Of a stretch of 64,000 bases of DNA, positions 23,649 through 34,760 are shown in pieces (within the stretch, counting starts at the first letter, position 1; each line of letters starts with the position of its first letter). This DNA is from Heterodontus francisci. Taxonomy: Eukaryota. The notes below the pieces were generated by a model. That model did no database searches, was not told the origin of the DNA, and worked only from the letters and a program-made list of their open reading frames with translations. The stretch is from the NCBI RefSeq assembly GCF_036365525.1, contig NC_090381.1:88591257-88655256 (forward strand). Direction: 5' to 3'. The position numbers and the translations under genes were made by a program.

Positions 23649-24447
23649 GGGCTGGATCTTACAGCCCGCACCCCCTCCCAACCCCCCAATGTGGGGGTCG
23701 TGGCGGGGGAGCTGGGAGGGGGGGGGTGCGGAAAATGCCTCCGCCACAGGCCTTGACGATGGGAAGGCCCAGCCCAATATTGCTGGTGGTGGCGAGGCCT
23801 CGTGATGGCACCACCCCACACCCCTCCCCCCGCCCCCCTCCGCGCCACTCAGTGACAGGACCAAATTCTGCATATTTAAAAAATGCAGATAAATGAATAA
23901 ATGACTTTCTCACTCCCGCTGTCCATTCCCGTGCCATATTGGTGCCGGTGGCCAACACCCCTGCCTTCAGATCCCTGTCTGGGAATCTAAGGTGGAACAC
24001 TGGTGGGGAGGCAGAACCAGGTAAGTTTCTCAGTGTGAGGGGGGGGCGAGCAGTGTCAGAGTAATGTCATTGGTCGAGGGGGTAGTGGGAAGAGGTAAGG
24101 TTTAGGTTGATGAACTTTGGGGGGGAAGATCGGGGAGCACAAAGTAAGTGTCTTGGGGGGGAGAGGGCAGGTTATTATTTCCATGGTTATTGGAGGGGAG
24201 GGAGTGTCTGAATAAATTAATTTTTTTATTAAAAAATGTCCCTTTAAATTGTAAATGCCTGCGCAATGGCAGCTGACGCCATTTCCGGGGACGGACAGCC
24301 TGCCCCCTCCATGTCATTCGGGGTGGGCGGTCCACCCCAGCCATTTAAATCAGCCACCATGCTGAATATCACGACAGCTCTATGATGTGCTGTCTGCACG
24401 GGTGGACCACCATTTTTGAATCTCTCCACCATTCTATAATCCAGCCC
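23649..24447. mobile_element. MITE (Harbinger-type TIRs) inserted in the Harbinger transposase
   Basis: TIRs GGGCTGGAT..ATCCAGCCC; 3-bp AAA duplication at 23646-23648 and 24448-24450. Confidence 0.8.
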
Positions 24448-25279
24448 AAAGTCATAGGCACACTCTGCCTGCTCAGAGAAAACACAATCAATTCCCCTTT
24501 CCTGGCATAAAGAACATCTGTCGCTTCTATGGTGCAGCAGTGGTTTGCAAACTGACACGAAGAGATTCAGGGCCACGGTTGCCTTCACAGCCATTGGCAG
24601 CATCATACTTAATCCACTTTGATGTTGTAGGTCTGGTTGCAAGAAATGGCAGAGTTCTGTGAGCACTTCCTTCATAAAGTGGAGATGATGCACACACGGG
24701 CCCTCGCTTAGGTGGAGCCAATTACAGAGTTCCAGAAGCCTTTAAATGGATAACGTCTCCTGCTGACAGTCCTTCCCTTCCCTTTCCTCCCTCTATGAGC
24801 AGCTTGCCCACTTCTTTGTTGTCTCTGCTCCATCACCTTCTCATGCTGCAGCCCAAGGCGAAATGCAACTGTAGCATCCATGACTGGGAGCAAGTGGTCG
24901 GACTAAATCCCTTGAAATCACAACCAAGGCATTTTCCACATGCAGCACTCCCTGCACACCTCACCAACTTTGTGCAACTCTTCAAAATACCAAGCACTTC
25001 CAGAAACTCAAACAGTAGAATGTAATCAGCAACTAACCTGCAAGCTGTTGGTGATTCCTTTAAATTATACTGGTGGGGGATCCTTCCTGCTGCTGAATGA
25101 ATGTTCAGCTATGCTTGTTTAAGGGAGGGCATTAGCTAGAGCGGTGAGGTTGAAAATGACAGCTCTGATATCAAATCAGCATTACACAGAGATTGACCTC
25201 ACAATCTGCCTACTCGGCTTTCTTCTGGCACAAGCTCCTAACACCCCTGCTAATGTCTTCACCAAGATGGTGTTGAAGA

Positions 25280-25515
25280 CAGCAAGTGAGTTCTTCCCCC
25301 TTGTCCTGACAAATATTTATCCAATAACCAACATCACTAAAAATCAGATTATCTGGCCATTGTCACATTGCTGTTAATGGGATCTTTCTGTGTGCAAACA
25401 GATTACCTCATTTCCTGTATCCTTCCTACACTTATAAAGTACTTCTTTGACTGAAAAGTGCATTGGGATACCCTGAGTTTGTGAAAGGTGCTGTATAAAT
25501 GCAAGCCTTTATTTT
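25280..25515 (+). mobile_element. Deu-domain SINE 3' half
   Basis: Homologous to 10310-10530; ends aaaggtgctgtataaatgcaag. Confidence 0.6.
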
Positions 25516-25527
25516 TTTCGTTATACA

Positions 25528-26215
25528 TTCTTTTTTTTTCTTTTGGCCTCCTTGTCTCGAGAGACAATGAGTAAGCGCCTGGAGGTGGTCAGTGGTTTGT
25601 GCAACAGCGACTGGAGTGGCTATCAAGGCCAATTCTAGAGTGACAGATTCTTCCACAGGTGCTGCAGATAAAATTGGCTGTCGGGGCTGTTACACAATTG
25701 GCTCTCTCCTTGCGCTTCTGTCTTTTTTCCTGCCAACTGCTAAGTCTCTTCGACTCGCCACGCTTTAGCCCCGCCTTTATGGTTGCCCGCCAGCTCTGGC
25801 GATCACTGGCAACTGACTCCCACAACTTGTGATCAATGTCACAGGACTTCATGTCGCGTTTGCAGATGTCTTTAAAGTGGAGACATGGACGGCCGATGGG
25901 TCTGGTACCAGTGACGAGCTCGCTGTACAATGTGTCCTTGGAGATCCTGCCATCTTTCATGCGGCTCACATGGCCAAGCCATCTCAGGCGTCTCTGGCTC
26001 AGTAGGGTGTATATGCTGGGGATGTTGGCCGCCTCAAGGACTCCTGTGTTGGAGATACGGTCCTGCCACCTGATGCTAAGGATTCTCCGGAGGCAGCGAA
26101 GATGGAATGAATTGAGACGTCGCTCTTGGCTGACGTACGTTGTCCAGGCCTCGCTGCCGTAGAGCAAGGTACTGAGGACACAGGCTTGATACACTTGGAC
26201 TTTTGTGTTCTGTGT
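25528..26215 (-). mobile_element. RTE-clade LINE 3' fragment
   Basis: ORF 25589..26194 LLYGSEAW..FHLRCLRRIL.I.WQD..RRLRWLGHVSRM..GRP, C-terminal CxxC..H; A-rich tail. Confidence 0.9.
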
Positions 26216-26481
26216 CAGAACATAGTGTTCACAGTAGTAAGGACTTTTTTATTCACTCATGGGATGTGCGTATCGCTGGCTAGGCCAGCAATTATTGCCA
26301 ATCCCTAATTGCCCTTGAGAAGGCGGTGGTGAGCTGCCTTTTTGAACCACTGCAGTCCTTGTGGGGTAGGTACACCCACAGTGCTGTTTGGAAGGGAGTT
26401 CCAGGATTTTGACCCAGCAACAGTGAAGGAACAGCGATATAGTTCCAAGTCAGGATGGTGTGTGGCTTGGAGGGGAACTTG

Positions 26482-27376
26482 TGTCATGCAGACCCCCACC
26501 TGCCAAGAATGAGACATATTAATTTTGTCATATGAACATTAATTTTAAACTGTTGCTGGAGTGAAGAAATGACTTGTTAAAGAAATCACCAGACATTTCG
26601 GCTGGAAGGACATTTGCATACGAAGAGACGCTGCTTGTGGAGACAAAGGAGTATTCCCTGATCCAATTAACCCAAATGGATTTTGATCACCAGACATTGA
26701 ATGTGTAAGGAAGCACATTCCAGGGCCTGCTAAGATAATACAATCCACAAATGCAGAAGTGGTTAAGTTAGTCACACGACTGACCTGCTGGCCAACTTGT
26801 TTTTTTTATTTGTGCCACAGAGAAAGGAACAGAAGGCAGTTTGAACCAGAACCTGGAACAAGAAAGCCTCTCCCTGCTGGCTGGCTCTCTTTTGCTTTCT
26901 CCTAAGCCACTGGACCCACCAAAGACACGTAAACCTCAAGAGATAAAAGACTCCAACATCGAAACAAGTTGAAGTGTGTACCGGGTCCCAATGGATAGCA
27001 GGACTTAGTGGCAACCAAAGACCCCACATTGAACTCAAATAACTAACAAATGTTGCCTCAAACCTTTCCCCTTTATTCTTTCTACTTTTCTGTCTCTATC
27101 TGCATGTATGTTTATCGCGTATGCATGCCAGCGTGGTCGCGTCACATATTCATAGTGATTAACTGGATTAGAGTTTAAGATTAATAATCTTCTACCTTTC
27201 TTGTTTAAATCCAGGGAAACCTGTCTGATTTCTTTGCCTTACAATTGGAGCAGTGAACAAGAATTCACTGAGAGGGAGCTAAAAACATGGTGTTTTAAAA
27301 ATTAAACCCTGTTACGGTTAAACAAGGCAAAGGCTGAGAGGTAACCCCTAGACCCCTTTCTCACCTGGTTGTAACA
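26482..27376. mobile_element. Solo LTR (895 bp)
   Basis: TGTCA...TAACA termini; flanks CTTG/CATG (imperfect 4-bp TSD, host has a small deletion here); interrupts HER1. Confidence 0.7.
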
Positions 27377-28042
27377 CATGCATCTGCTGCCCTTATCCTT
27401 CTAGGTGGTAGAGATCGCGGTGCTGCCGAAGGGGCCTTGTTAATTTGCTGCAGTGTGTATTGGAGATGATACACACTGTTGCCACTGTGCGTCGGTGGTG
27501 AGAGAGTGAATGTTGAAGGTGGTGATTGAAGTGCCAATCAAGTGGGCTGCTTTGTTCTGGATGGTGTTGAGCTTCTTGAGTGTTGTTGGAGCTGCACCCA
27601 TCCAGGAAAGTGGAGAATATTCCATCACACTCCTGACTTGTATTTTGTAGATGGTGAACAGGCACTGGAGAGTCAGGAGGTGAGTTACTCGTTACAGAAT
27701 TCCTCGCCTCTGACCTGCTCTTGTAACCACAGCATTTATGTGGCTGGTACAGTTCAGTTTTTGGTCAATGGTAATCCCCAGGATGTTGATAGTGGGGGAT
27801 TCAGCGATGGTAATGCCATTGAACATCAAGGAGAGGTAGTTAGATTCTCTCTTGTTTGAGATCGTCATTGCCTGGCTCTTGTGTGGCGCAAATGTTACTT
27901 GCCATTATCAGCCCTAGCCTGGATGTTGTCCAGTTCTTGCTGTATCTAGACAGAAGCTGCTTCAGTATATGAGGAGTTGCGAATGGTGCTGAACATTGTG
28001 TAATCAACAGCGAACATCCCCACTTCTGACCTTATGATGGAT

Positions 28043-29271
28043 TGTAGCACCAGCTTTCTGGCCATTTTCATGAATCATATTTTAAATCCAAAACCCCAAT
28101 AAAGAACTGTACTGTTTGGTAAGCTTGTGGGAGTGGCTTAAGGAATAGGATTAACTGGCAGGAGTTTCGAGCCAGGCTAACCTGACTAAGGTGCATTCAT
28201 ATGCAAATGAACATTTCACACTGACAGGCTGGGTGGAAGGGAACCCAGGCCGATTGACGTCATCACCGTCGAACATGATTACTGGGAACAATACCCCGAG
28301 AGGTAACTCAATAAAGCACAGTCAGGACTCAGTCCCAACCAAATCTGGCAGAAGGCAGAGATGGCCGAGCCATTGGCTTCCAGGAGATAAACCAGTTAAG
28401 CAAGATTGGTTTGAGATTGAAACCCATTACCTGCTAATGGGAGCCATCAACACAGGAAGTGACAGACATCCAGTAATCAGCACTCATTGTCTCTCCAGTT
28501 GCCAGACCTGGGAGCAGGAAAACAAAATATAACTTTTCACAAAGATTTCAAAAGTCACTCACGGCCGCGGAGGTGGGGGGGTGGTAGTGGGGGGGGGGGG
28601 GGGTGGGGGGGGCGGCGCGGTTGTCCAGATAGATCATCTGAGTCAAAACATCGATCAGTATTGGCTGGAGAAAAGGTGATGGGTTTTGGATATATATGGA
28701 GCTGGCTCTTCTCGCTCCTCCTCGGCATCAATCTACAGCGAGTCTCCCGAGTGGGGCTCGGCTCCATTCAACGGAACACCACCAGAAGCTGAGTGCTGCT
28801 CTTCATTCCTCATCAATGGACCTCGACTCAGACTGGTAACCTGGCTACTGCGTCGGCAGTATGGAACCAGGAGCGAGACGTACAGGATGAAGCTGCAAGC
28901 AAGACAACGGGCATTCGGGGTGAGCATATTGCCTGCACCTACACATTCGCCAAGACCACTTAACTGTGTGAGGGGGTGATTGTAAGTCCTAACCAAACCT
29001 TAGAGGGGTTTAGTGCTGGGGGCCCTGTGTTAGTTTATTTCAGGGAAGGTTCTTTTATTAGGCTGTGGTAATTTAGCATGGTAGGGCTTGTTGGACAAGC
29101 CAAGATTGTACTATTTTGTACTGTTTATGAGTGTTATTGTTAATCTTATTAACCACAATACGGTTAAGCCCCGAAAACGTGGGTCGGAGTCTGATCTGTC
29201 CATATAATCCCTATCATCCAGCACTTGTAGTAAGAGGTGTGTTTTCAGTATGCCGGAGAAAACCACTTACA
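28043..29271. mobile_element. Solo LTR (1229 bp)
   Basis: TGTA...TACA termini; exact 4-bp TSD GGAT at 28039-28042 and 29272-29275; octamer ATGCAAAT 28201-28208 and CRE TGACGTCA 28255-28262. Confidence 0.82.
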
Positions 29272-29596
29272 GGATGGAAGGTCATTGATGAAGCAGCTGA
29301 AGATAGTTGGGCCTAGGATGCTATCCTGATGAACTCCTGCAGTAATGTCCTGGAACTGAGATGATTAACCTCCAATAACCACAACCATCTTCCTTTGTGC
29401 TAGGTATGATTCCAACCAGCGGAAAGCTTTCCCCCTGATCCCCATTGACTCCAGTTTTGCGAGGGATCCTTGATGCCATACTCGGTCAAATGCTGCCTTG
29501 ATGGCAAAGGCAGTCACTCTCACCTCACCTCTGGAGTTCTTTGCTTAGCAACACAGTAAAAAAATGTTTCTTCCTTGGTATGCTAATTCCAAACAT

Positions 29597-29869
29597 TTTA
29601 TTGCACATGAAGAGTAACAGTGTCACACAACAGTACAAGATTTACAAAAATCACACTGCCTAGATGTCTTCTGCTGAAAAGTTGCTGCTACATTATGACA
29701 CTTACTTCAATTGTGCAATTCCCATGTACATTCACAATTACACTTTATTACTGTAAATCTCCTGAAGGTAGGGTATAATGGCAATTTTGCATTACATATT
29801 CCTGGTTCTGATGTGGTTAACCATCTGTAAGATATGGCACTATATTATGAGGAATGCTTTTGCTTTATT
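29597..29869 (-). terminator. Polyadenylation signals of the AHSG-like gene (3 x AATAAA)
   Basis: TTTATT on + at 29864-29869, 29744-29749 and 29597-29602; the distal one is followed on the minus strand by a T/GT-rich tract (about 29545-29570). Confidence 0.6.
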
Positions 29870-29899
29870 TTTAGAAAGAGAGAAGAGGGTTAAATCTGT

Positions 29900-30244
29900 T
29901 CACTGATCTTCAGGATACTTGTGTTTTGTTGGGCAGGTTGTCGCATCTGCAGGTAGGTCAGGGAACTTGATAGTTTGTTTCCCAGCGCTGGCAAGCAATT
30001 CCTCAGAGGATTCTGAGGACTCGTCCGTTGATCGTTTGCGTTTAGGAGGAATACTGTCAGATTTTCCGAATGTTGGAGTAAAACTCGAAAAGTCTGGTAA
30101 TGCAGTAGAAGTAATGTGGACTTCGGCTTCTTGACCATTAGTATTAGCTTCTGGTGCCGCCACAGTGCCACCTTCCTCTCCGGGTGCCGCCACAGTGCCG
30201 CCTTCCCCTTCTGGTGCTGATGCAGTTTCAGCACCCTCTGCTAC
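29900..30244 (-). CDS. AHSG: AHSG-like exon 7 (acidic, Ala/Gly/Pro/Ser-rich tail)
   Basis: acattgcag|VAEGAETASAPEGEGG...PKRKRSTDESSESSEE...FPDLPADATTCPTKHKYPEDQ-TGA; matches ORF 29900..30256. Confidence 0.9.
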   Translation of the reverse strand, partial: VAEGAETASAPEGEGGTVAAPGEEGGTVAAPEANTNGQEAEVHITSTALPDFSSFTPTFGKSDSIPPKRKRSTDESSESSEELLASAGKQTIKFPDLPADATTCPTKHKYPEDQ

Positions 30245-31067
30245 CTGCAATGTCACAATGTTTGGGTTATATTTTATCTTTAAATTATTTCATTGCTATT
30301 TTGTGACAACCCATTCTTTTTCACATAGTTGCTGACTTAGGGATTAAGAAACTTCGCTTTTTATGTTTTTGAAAGACTGACCTGATTATTAGCATCCAGA
30401 CATTAATTTAATAGATACTTGAATATATGTGACCTATGCCATATAAATACAAGTTTGTTCTTTATTATATTGGAACAGTATCAGAAGCAATGTGTTATGG
30501 AGGATTCACTTTTGCAGAGGACTGGCTTCCACGTTGCACTATGGTGCAATCTGTTTAATAAAAATGTAGTGATACTAGTGCATGTATTGGGTAGAATATT
30601 GGCCAGCATTGCATAGATTATAGAATTTGTTCCTGTGTAATTCTTTCTTCCCTATATGCTCTGTAGTGCTGGGTAGAGAATTTGGACTATATTTCCCCCA
30701 CATCCTCTTGGCCAAACAAGCAAATATGCTTTATGCATCTCCAATTGAGAAGACAACTGGGCTGACTGGCATGGTATCTCATGCACTGCTCCAAGAAAAT
30801 GCCTGGATGATCTTGGCAACTTACTGCTTCCAGTGCTTACAATCTGAAAATCCCCATGCCATGACTATTTTAGTCAGACAGGTAATTGGTCTGGAACAAT
30901 GCTACCGTGCTTCCTACTCCAGCCAAAATGTATGGATCGTGTGTTGTCCACTCCTTGGGCCAGAAGATTAAATGCCAAATGTATCTCAAGACTGTCACAG
31001 AACTCCAGAACAGTTGAGCATTCTGTTGGAGAAGATTTGCTAAAAGCTTTAAAGAAATAGGGCAGTT

Positions 31068-31395
31068 AAGATGTTTCCCCTGGCTGGTGAGTCTAGAACC
31101 AAGGGACATAGTCTCAGAATAAAGGGCAGGCAATTTAAGACTGAGATGAGGAGGCACTTCTTCACTCAGAGGGTGGTGAATCTTTGGAATTCTCTACCCC
31201 AGATGGCTGTGGAAGCTCAATCATTAAGCATGTGCAAGACAGAAATTGATAGATGTCTGGATTACTAATGACATCAAGGGATATGGCCATAGCGTGGGAA
31301 AGTGGTTTTGCGGTAGATGATCAGCCATGATCTAATTGAATGGCAGAGCAGGCTCGATGGGCTGATTGCCCTACTCTTGCTCCTATGTCCCTATG
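31068..31395 (+). mobile_element. CR1 3' fragment
   Basis: MFPLAGESRTKGHSLRIKGRQFKTEMRRHFFTQRVVNLWNSLP plus 3'UTR. Confidence 0.88.
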
Positions 31396-32044
31396 ATTAA
31401 GATTGGAACAGGATCATGCCAACCTACAGTTGTTTTGTAAGGATGTGGATAAAATCAGTCATAGCTTTTCCTTGTATTCAATAAGGGTTTATCATCTTCT
31501 CTTCCACTCTTGGGCAATTTTTTAAAATATCTGTCCATGGGATGTGGGCATCTCTGGCAAGATCAACATTTATTGCCCAACCCTAATTGCCCTTGAGAAG
31601 GTGCCTTCTTGAAATGCTGCATTCCATGTGGTGCAGTTACTCACACAATGCTATTAGATAGAGAGTTACAGGATTTTGACCCAGCCACAATGAAAGAACA
31701 GCAATGGCTTAGTGTTTGCAGTCAATGGCAACGCAAGGACGCTCACCACCGACCTCGAAGTAAGTCTCGCTAAGAGATCAAGCGATCTCTCTGGTGAGAA
31801 TTTCACATCTATCACCATACAAGTGGCACTGCAACTGATTGCAGAGTTCTTTAGGGGGCAATTCCCAGTGTGGAATTGGAGTGATGTCATCAGAGATCGT
31901 CCAAGCATTAACGATTTTCACAGACACACAAACAGGAAAGTAAAAGCACTAAAATAAAAATCACTTTAAAAAAAAATACATAGAGCAAATTAAAAATTGG
32001 GACATACACTTGGGGTGAAGGTAGAAGCCATAATAGAAGCCCAT

Positions 32045-32682
32045 TGACCTTCATAGCGAGAGGATTCGAGTACAGGAGCAGGGATGTCTTGCTGCAATTA
32101 CATAGGGCCTTGGTGAGGCCACACCTGGAATATTGTGTGTAGTTTTGGTCTCCTTATCTGAGGAAGGATGTTCTTGCTATAGAGGGAGTGCAGCCAAGGT
32201 TTACCAGACTGATTCCTGGGATGGCGGGACTGACATATGAGGAGAGATTGAGTCAGTTAGGATTACATTCGCTGGAGTTCAGAAGAGTGAGGAGGGATCT
32301 CATAAAAACCTATAAAATTCTAACAGGTCTTGACAGGGTAGATGCAGGAAGGATGTTCCCAATGGTGGGGGAGTCCAGAACCAGGAGTCATAGTCTGAGG
32401 ATATGGGGTAAACCTTTCAGGACTGAGATGAGGAGAAATTTCTTCACCCAGAGAGTGGTGAGCCTGTGGAATTCACTACCACAGAAAGTAGTTGAGGCCA
32501 AAACATTGAATGCTTTCAAAAAGGTGTTAGATATAGCTCTTGGGTCTAAAGGGATCAAAGAGTATGGGGCGAAAGCGGGAACAGGCTACGGAGTTGGATG
32601 ATCAGCCATGATCATAATGAATGGTGCAACAGGCTCAAAGGGCCAAATGGCCTACTCCTGCTCCCATTTTCTATGTTTCTGT
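32045..32682 (+). mobile_element. CR1 3' fragment
   Basis: ORF 32188..32601 QPRFTRLIPGM..FFTQRVVSLWNSLP; 3'UTR ending ttctatgtttct. Confidence 0.92.
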
Positions 32683-33003
32683 GTAATATTCTGCAAAACT
32701 TTTTTTTAATTATTTAAAAAAAACTAGCTTAAAAATCTACTAATTAATCACTTAACAGCACTTTACAAATATAAAATTATTTTTTCAGGGCCAATTCTGT
32801 TATTCATCAAATTTTATTAATCGCATCATTGTTAAAACCCAGTTTATACCTGATTGAAACAGCAATGTGGAAGCGGGAAAGTTGAAATTCACACTGATTT
32901 CAGTGATTCCCAGCTCTGGGGGGGGTTGGGGAGGGGGTGTGTCCACAGTACAACCTTTGGTGGAGCACTGACAAAGAACAATTTCAGGATTTCCATGTTA
33001 ATC

Positions 33004-33557
33004 ATGCTCACATCTCTGTCCTGGGATTGCTGCAGTGTTCCAGTGAACATCAACGCAAGCTCGAGGAACAGCATCTCATCTACCGATTAGGCACACTACA
33101 GCCTGCCGGACTGAACATTGAGTTCAATAATTTCAGAGCATGACAGCACCCCATTTTACTTTCATTTTTAGTTATTTTTTCTTTTTTACTTTTTTACATT
33201 TTTTACAATCTTTTTTTTTTGCATTTATTTCATTTCATCTTAGTTTGTTCAGTTTGCTTACCCACTGTGTTTTTTTTTCAGGTTTGCACTTACTGCTGTT
33301 CAATATTCAGTCCATTAACACCTATTCTGTACTAATGCTTTGTCTTTCAACACACCGTTAACATATTGTTTGGCAGCATCTGTGAAAAGAGAAGCAGAGT
33401 TAACATTTCGGGTCAGTGACCCGGATTCCGAAGAAGGGTCACTGACCCGAAACGTTAACTCCGCTTCTCTTTTCACAGATGCTGCTAGACCTGCTGAGTG
33501 GTTCCAGCATTTCTTGTTTTTATTTCAGATTTCCAGCATCCACAGTATTTTGCTTTT
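33004..33557 (+). mobile_element. Penelope-like element 3' fragment with internal inversion
   Basis: HISVLGLLQC..RKLEEQHLIYRLGTLQPAGLNIEF (GIY-YIG C-terminus); exact 15-bp TSD ATTTCCATGTTAATC at 32989-33003 and 33558-33572. Confidence 0.9.
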
Positions 33558-34431
33558 ATTTCCATGTTAATCTGCCTGATATCCTGATGTTGCAATCAGT
33601 TTCAGAGGAGTAATGATGGTGAACACTGACAGTCCACTGTCAACCATCACCAACCGCCCCCAAAATCCAGCCTAATATACTTCCAGGTCAGGATGGCATG
33701 TGACTTGGAGGGAAACTTGCAGTTGGTGGTGTTTCTGTGCACCAGATGCCCTTGTCCTTCCAGGTGGTAGAGGTCACGGGTTTGGAAGGTGCTGTCGAAA
33801 GAGCCTCGGCGAGTTGCTGCAGCACATCTTGTGGGTAGGACATACTGCGGCCACTGTGTGCTGATGGTGGAGGGAGTGAGTGCTTAAGATAGAAATGAGT
33901 GGCTTGCTAGGCCATTTCAGAGGACAGTTAAGAGTCAACCACGTTGCTGTGGGTCTGGAGTCACATACAGACCAGACCAGGTAAGGACAGCAGATTTCCT
34001 TCCCAAACGGCATTGGTGAATCAGATGGGTTTTTACAACAATCTAGTAGTTTCATGGTTATCATTACTGATACTAGCTTTTTATTCCAGATTTATTTAAT
34101 TAACTGAAGTTGAATTCCCCAGTTGCCATGGTGAGATTTAAACTTGTCTACGGATCATTTAATGCTGCCCTCTGGATTACTGTGGTTAGTGATTAGTAAC
34201 ATAACCACTGTGCTACAATATCCTGGATAAAGTGGATGTGGTATAGCCATTTTAACCAGATGCAGGATTTTTTATTTCACTCAGGCTACATAATGAATTG
34301 ATTCAAATATATGAGGGTGCTCCGCATGACTGGAACCAAGAGTACTTGATATAAATCTGAAAGTTGTGCTTATAATGTTACTTTTGAAGATACCTGCTAC
34401 CCCAACAATGAAATGTAAACATCATCCAAAG

Positions 34432-34760
34432 GAGCAGAGGATCAGGAGTACGCCAGTCAGTCCCTTAATCTTGTTCTGCATTCAATGAGATCATGGGTGA
34501 TGTGCATCTTAATTCCAGTTACCCACGTCTGATCCATAGCCCTTCATGCCTCTACCTAAGATAACTGTCGACCTCAGTCTTGCAAATTTCAATGACTCAA
34601 CATCAACGCCATTGATGTATAGAAGTGCCACCTGAATGGCCTAGCTCTAGTTTTAAGACTGTGTCCCTTGTTTTGGATTCCCCCACCAGAGGAAATAACT
34701 ACATTGTATCCACCCTATCAAATTATTTATCATTTTAAACAATTCAATTATATCGCTCCT
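34432..34760 (-). mobile_element. Old CR1 3' remnant
   Basis: ggagcagagg..cattcaatgagatcatgg..ctgaatggcctagctctagttttaagact; similar remnant at 35705-35980. Confidence 0.55.

Larger units (their letters stand above)
20925..25270. mobile_element. Degenerate PIF/Harbinger transposon: Myb/SANT-type gene remnant on + (about 20925-22470) converging on transposase remnant on - (about 23020-24900)
   Basis: Transposase pieces GFPMVQGAIDCTHV..YHSLKVQLTCD..VNARYPGSSNDVFIL (23435..23848), LLGDKGY near 23365-23390, CCILHNL (23016..23216); second-gene piece DSDEEFD..MHTEMLNAL..MEQSGSN. Confidence 0.8.
26245..29540 (-). mobile_element. 5'-truncated HER1-type LINE in three collinear pieces (26245-26481, 27377-28042, 29272-29540) separated by two LTRs
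   Basis: Pieces align in order with 13975-15142. Confidence 0.88.
31706..33672. mobile_element. Non-autonomous DNA transposon (Harbinger-like end caaaatccagcc), itself carrying CR1 and Penelope inserts
   Basis: Interrupts the HER1 derivative; homologous segments recur at about 52810-53030 and 53760-54250. Confidence 0.55.
31525..34215 (-). mobile_element. HE1/HER1 internal-deletion derivative; own parts 31525-31705 and 33673-34215, interrupted by a DNA element
   Basis: tRNA-like head and body (34215-33895) joined to HER1 3' coding sequence (33890-33675); tail continues collinearly at 31705-31525. Confidence 0.75.

Noticed and set aside
28191-28996. Short ORFs inside the 1229-bp LTR as viral accessory genes
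   Set aside because: No gag/pol/env motifs; their lengths are as expected for GC-rich sequence.
30077-30100. LPDFSSFT in the AHSG-like tail resembles bradykinin (RPPGFSPFR)
   Set aside because: Both terminal Arg, the Gly and two Pro are missing; the match is compatible with chance.
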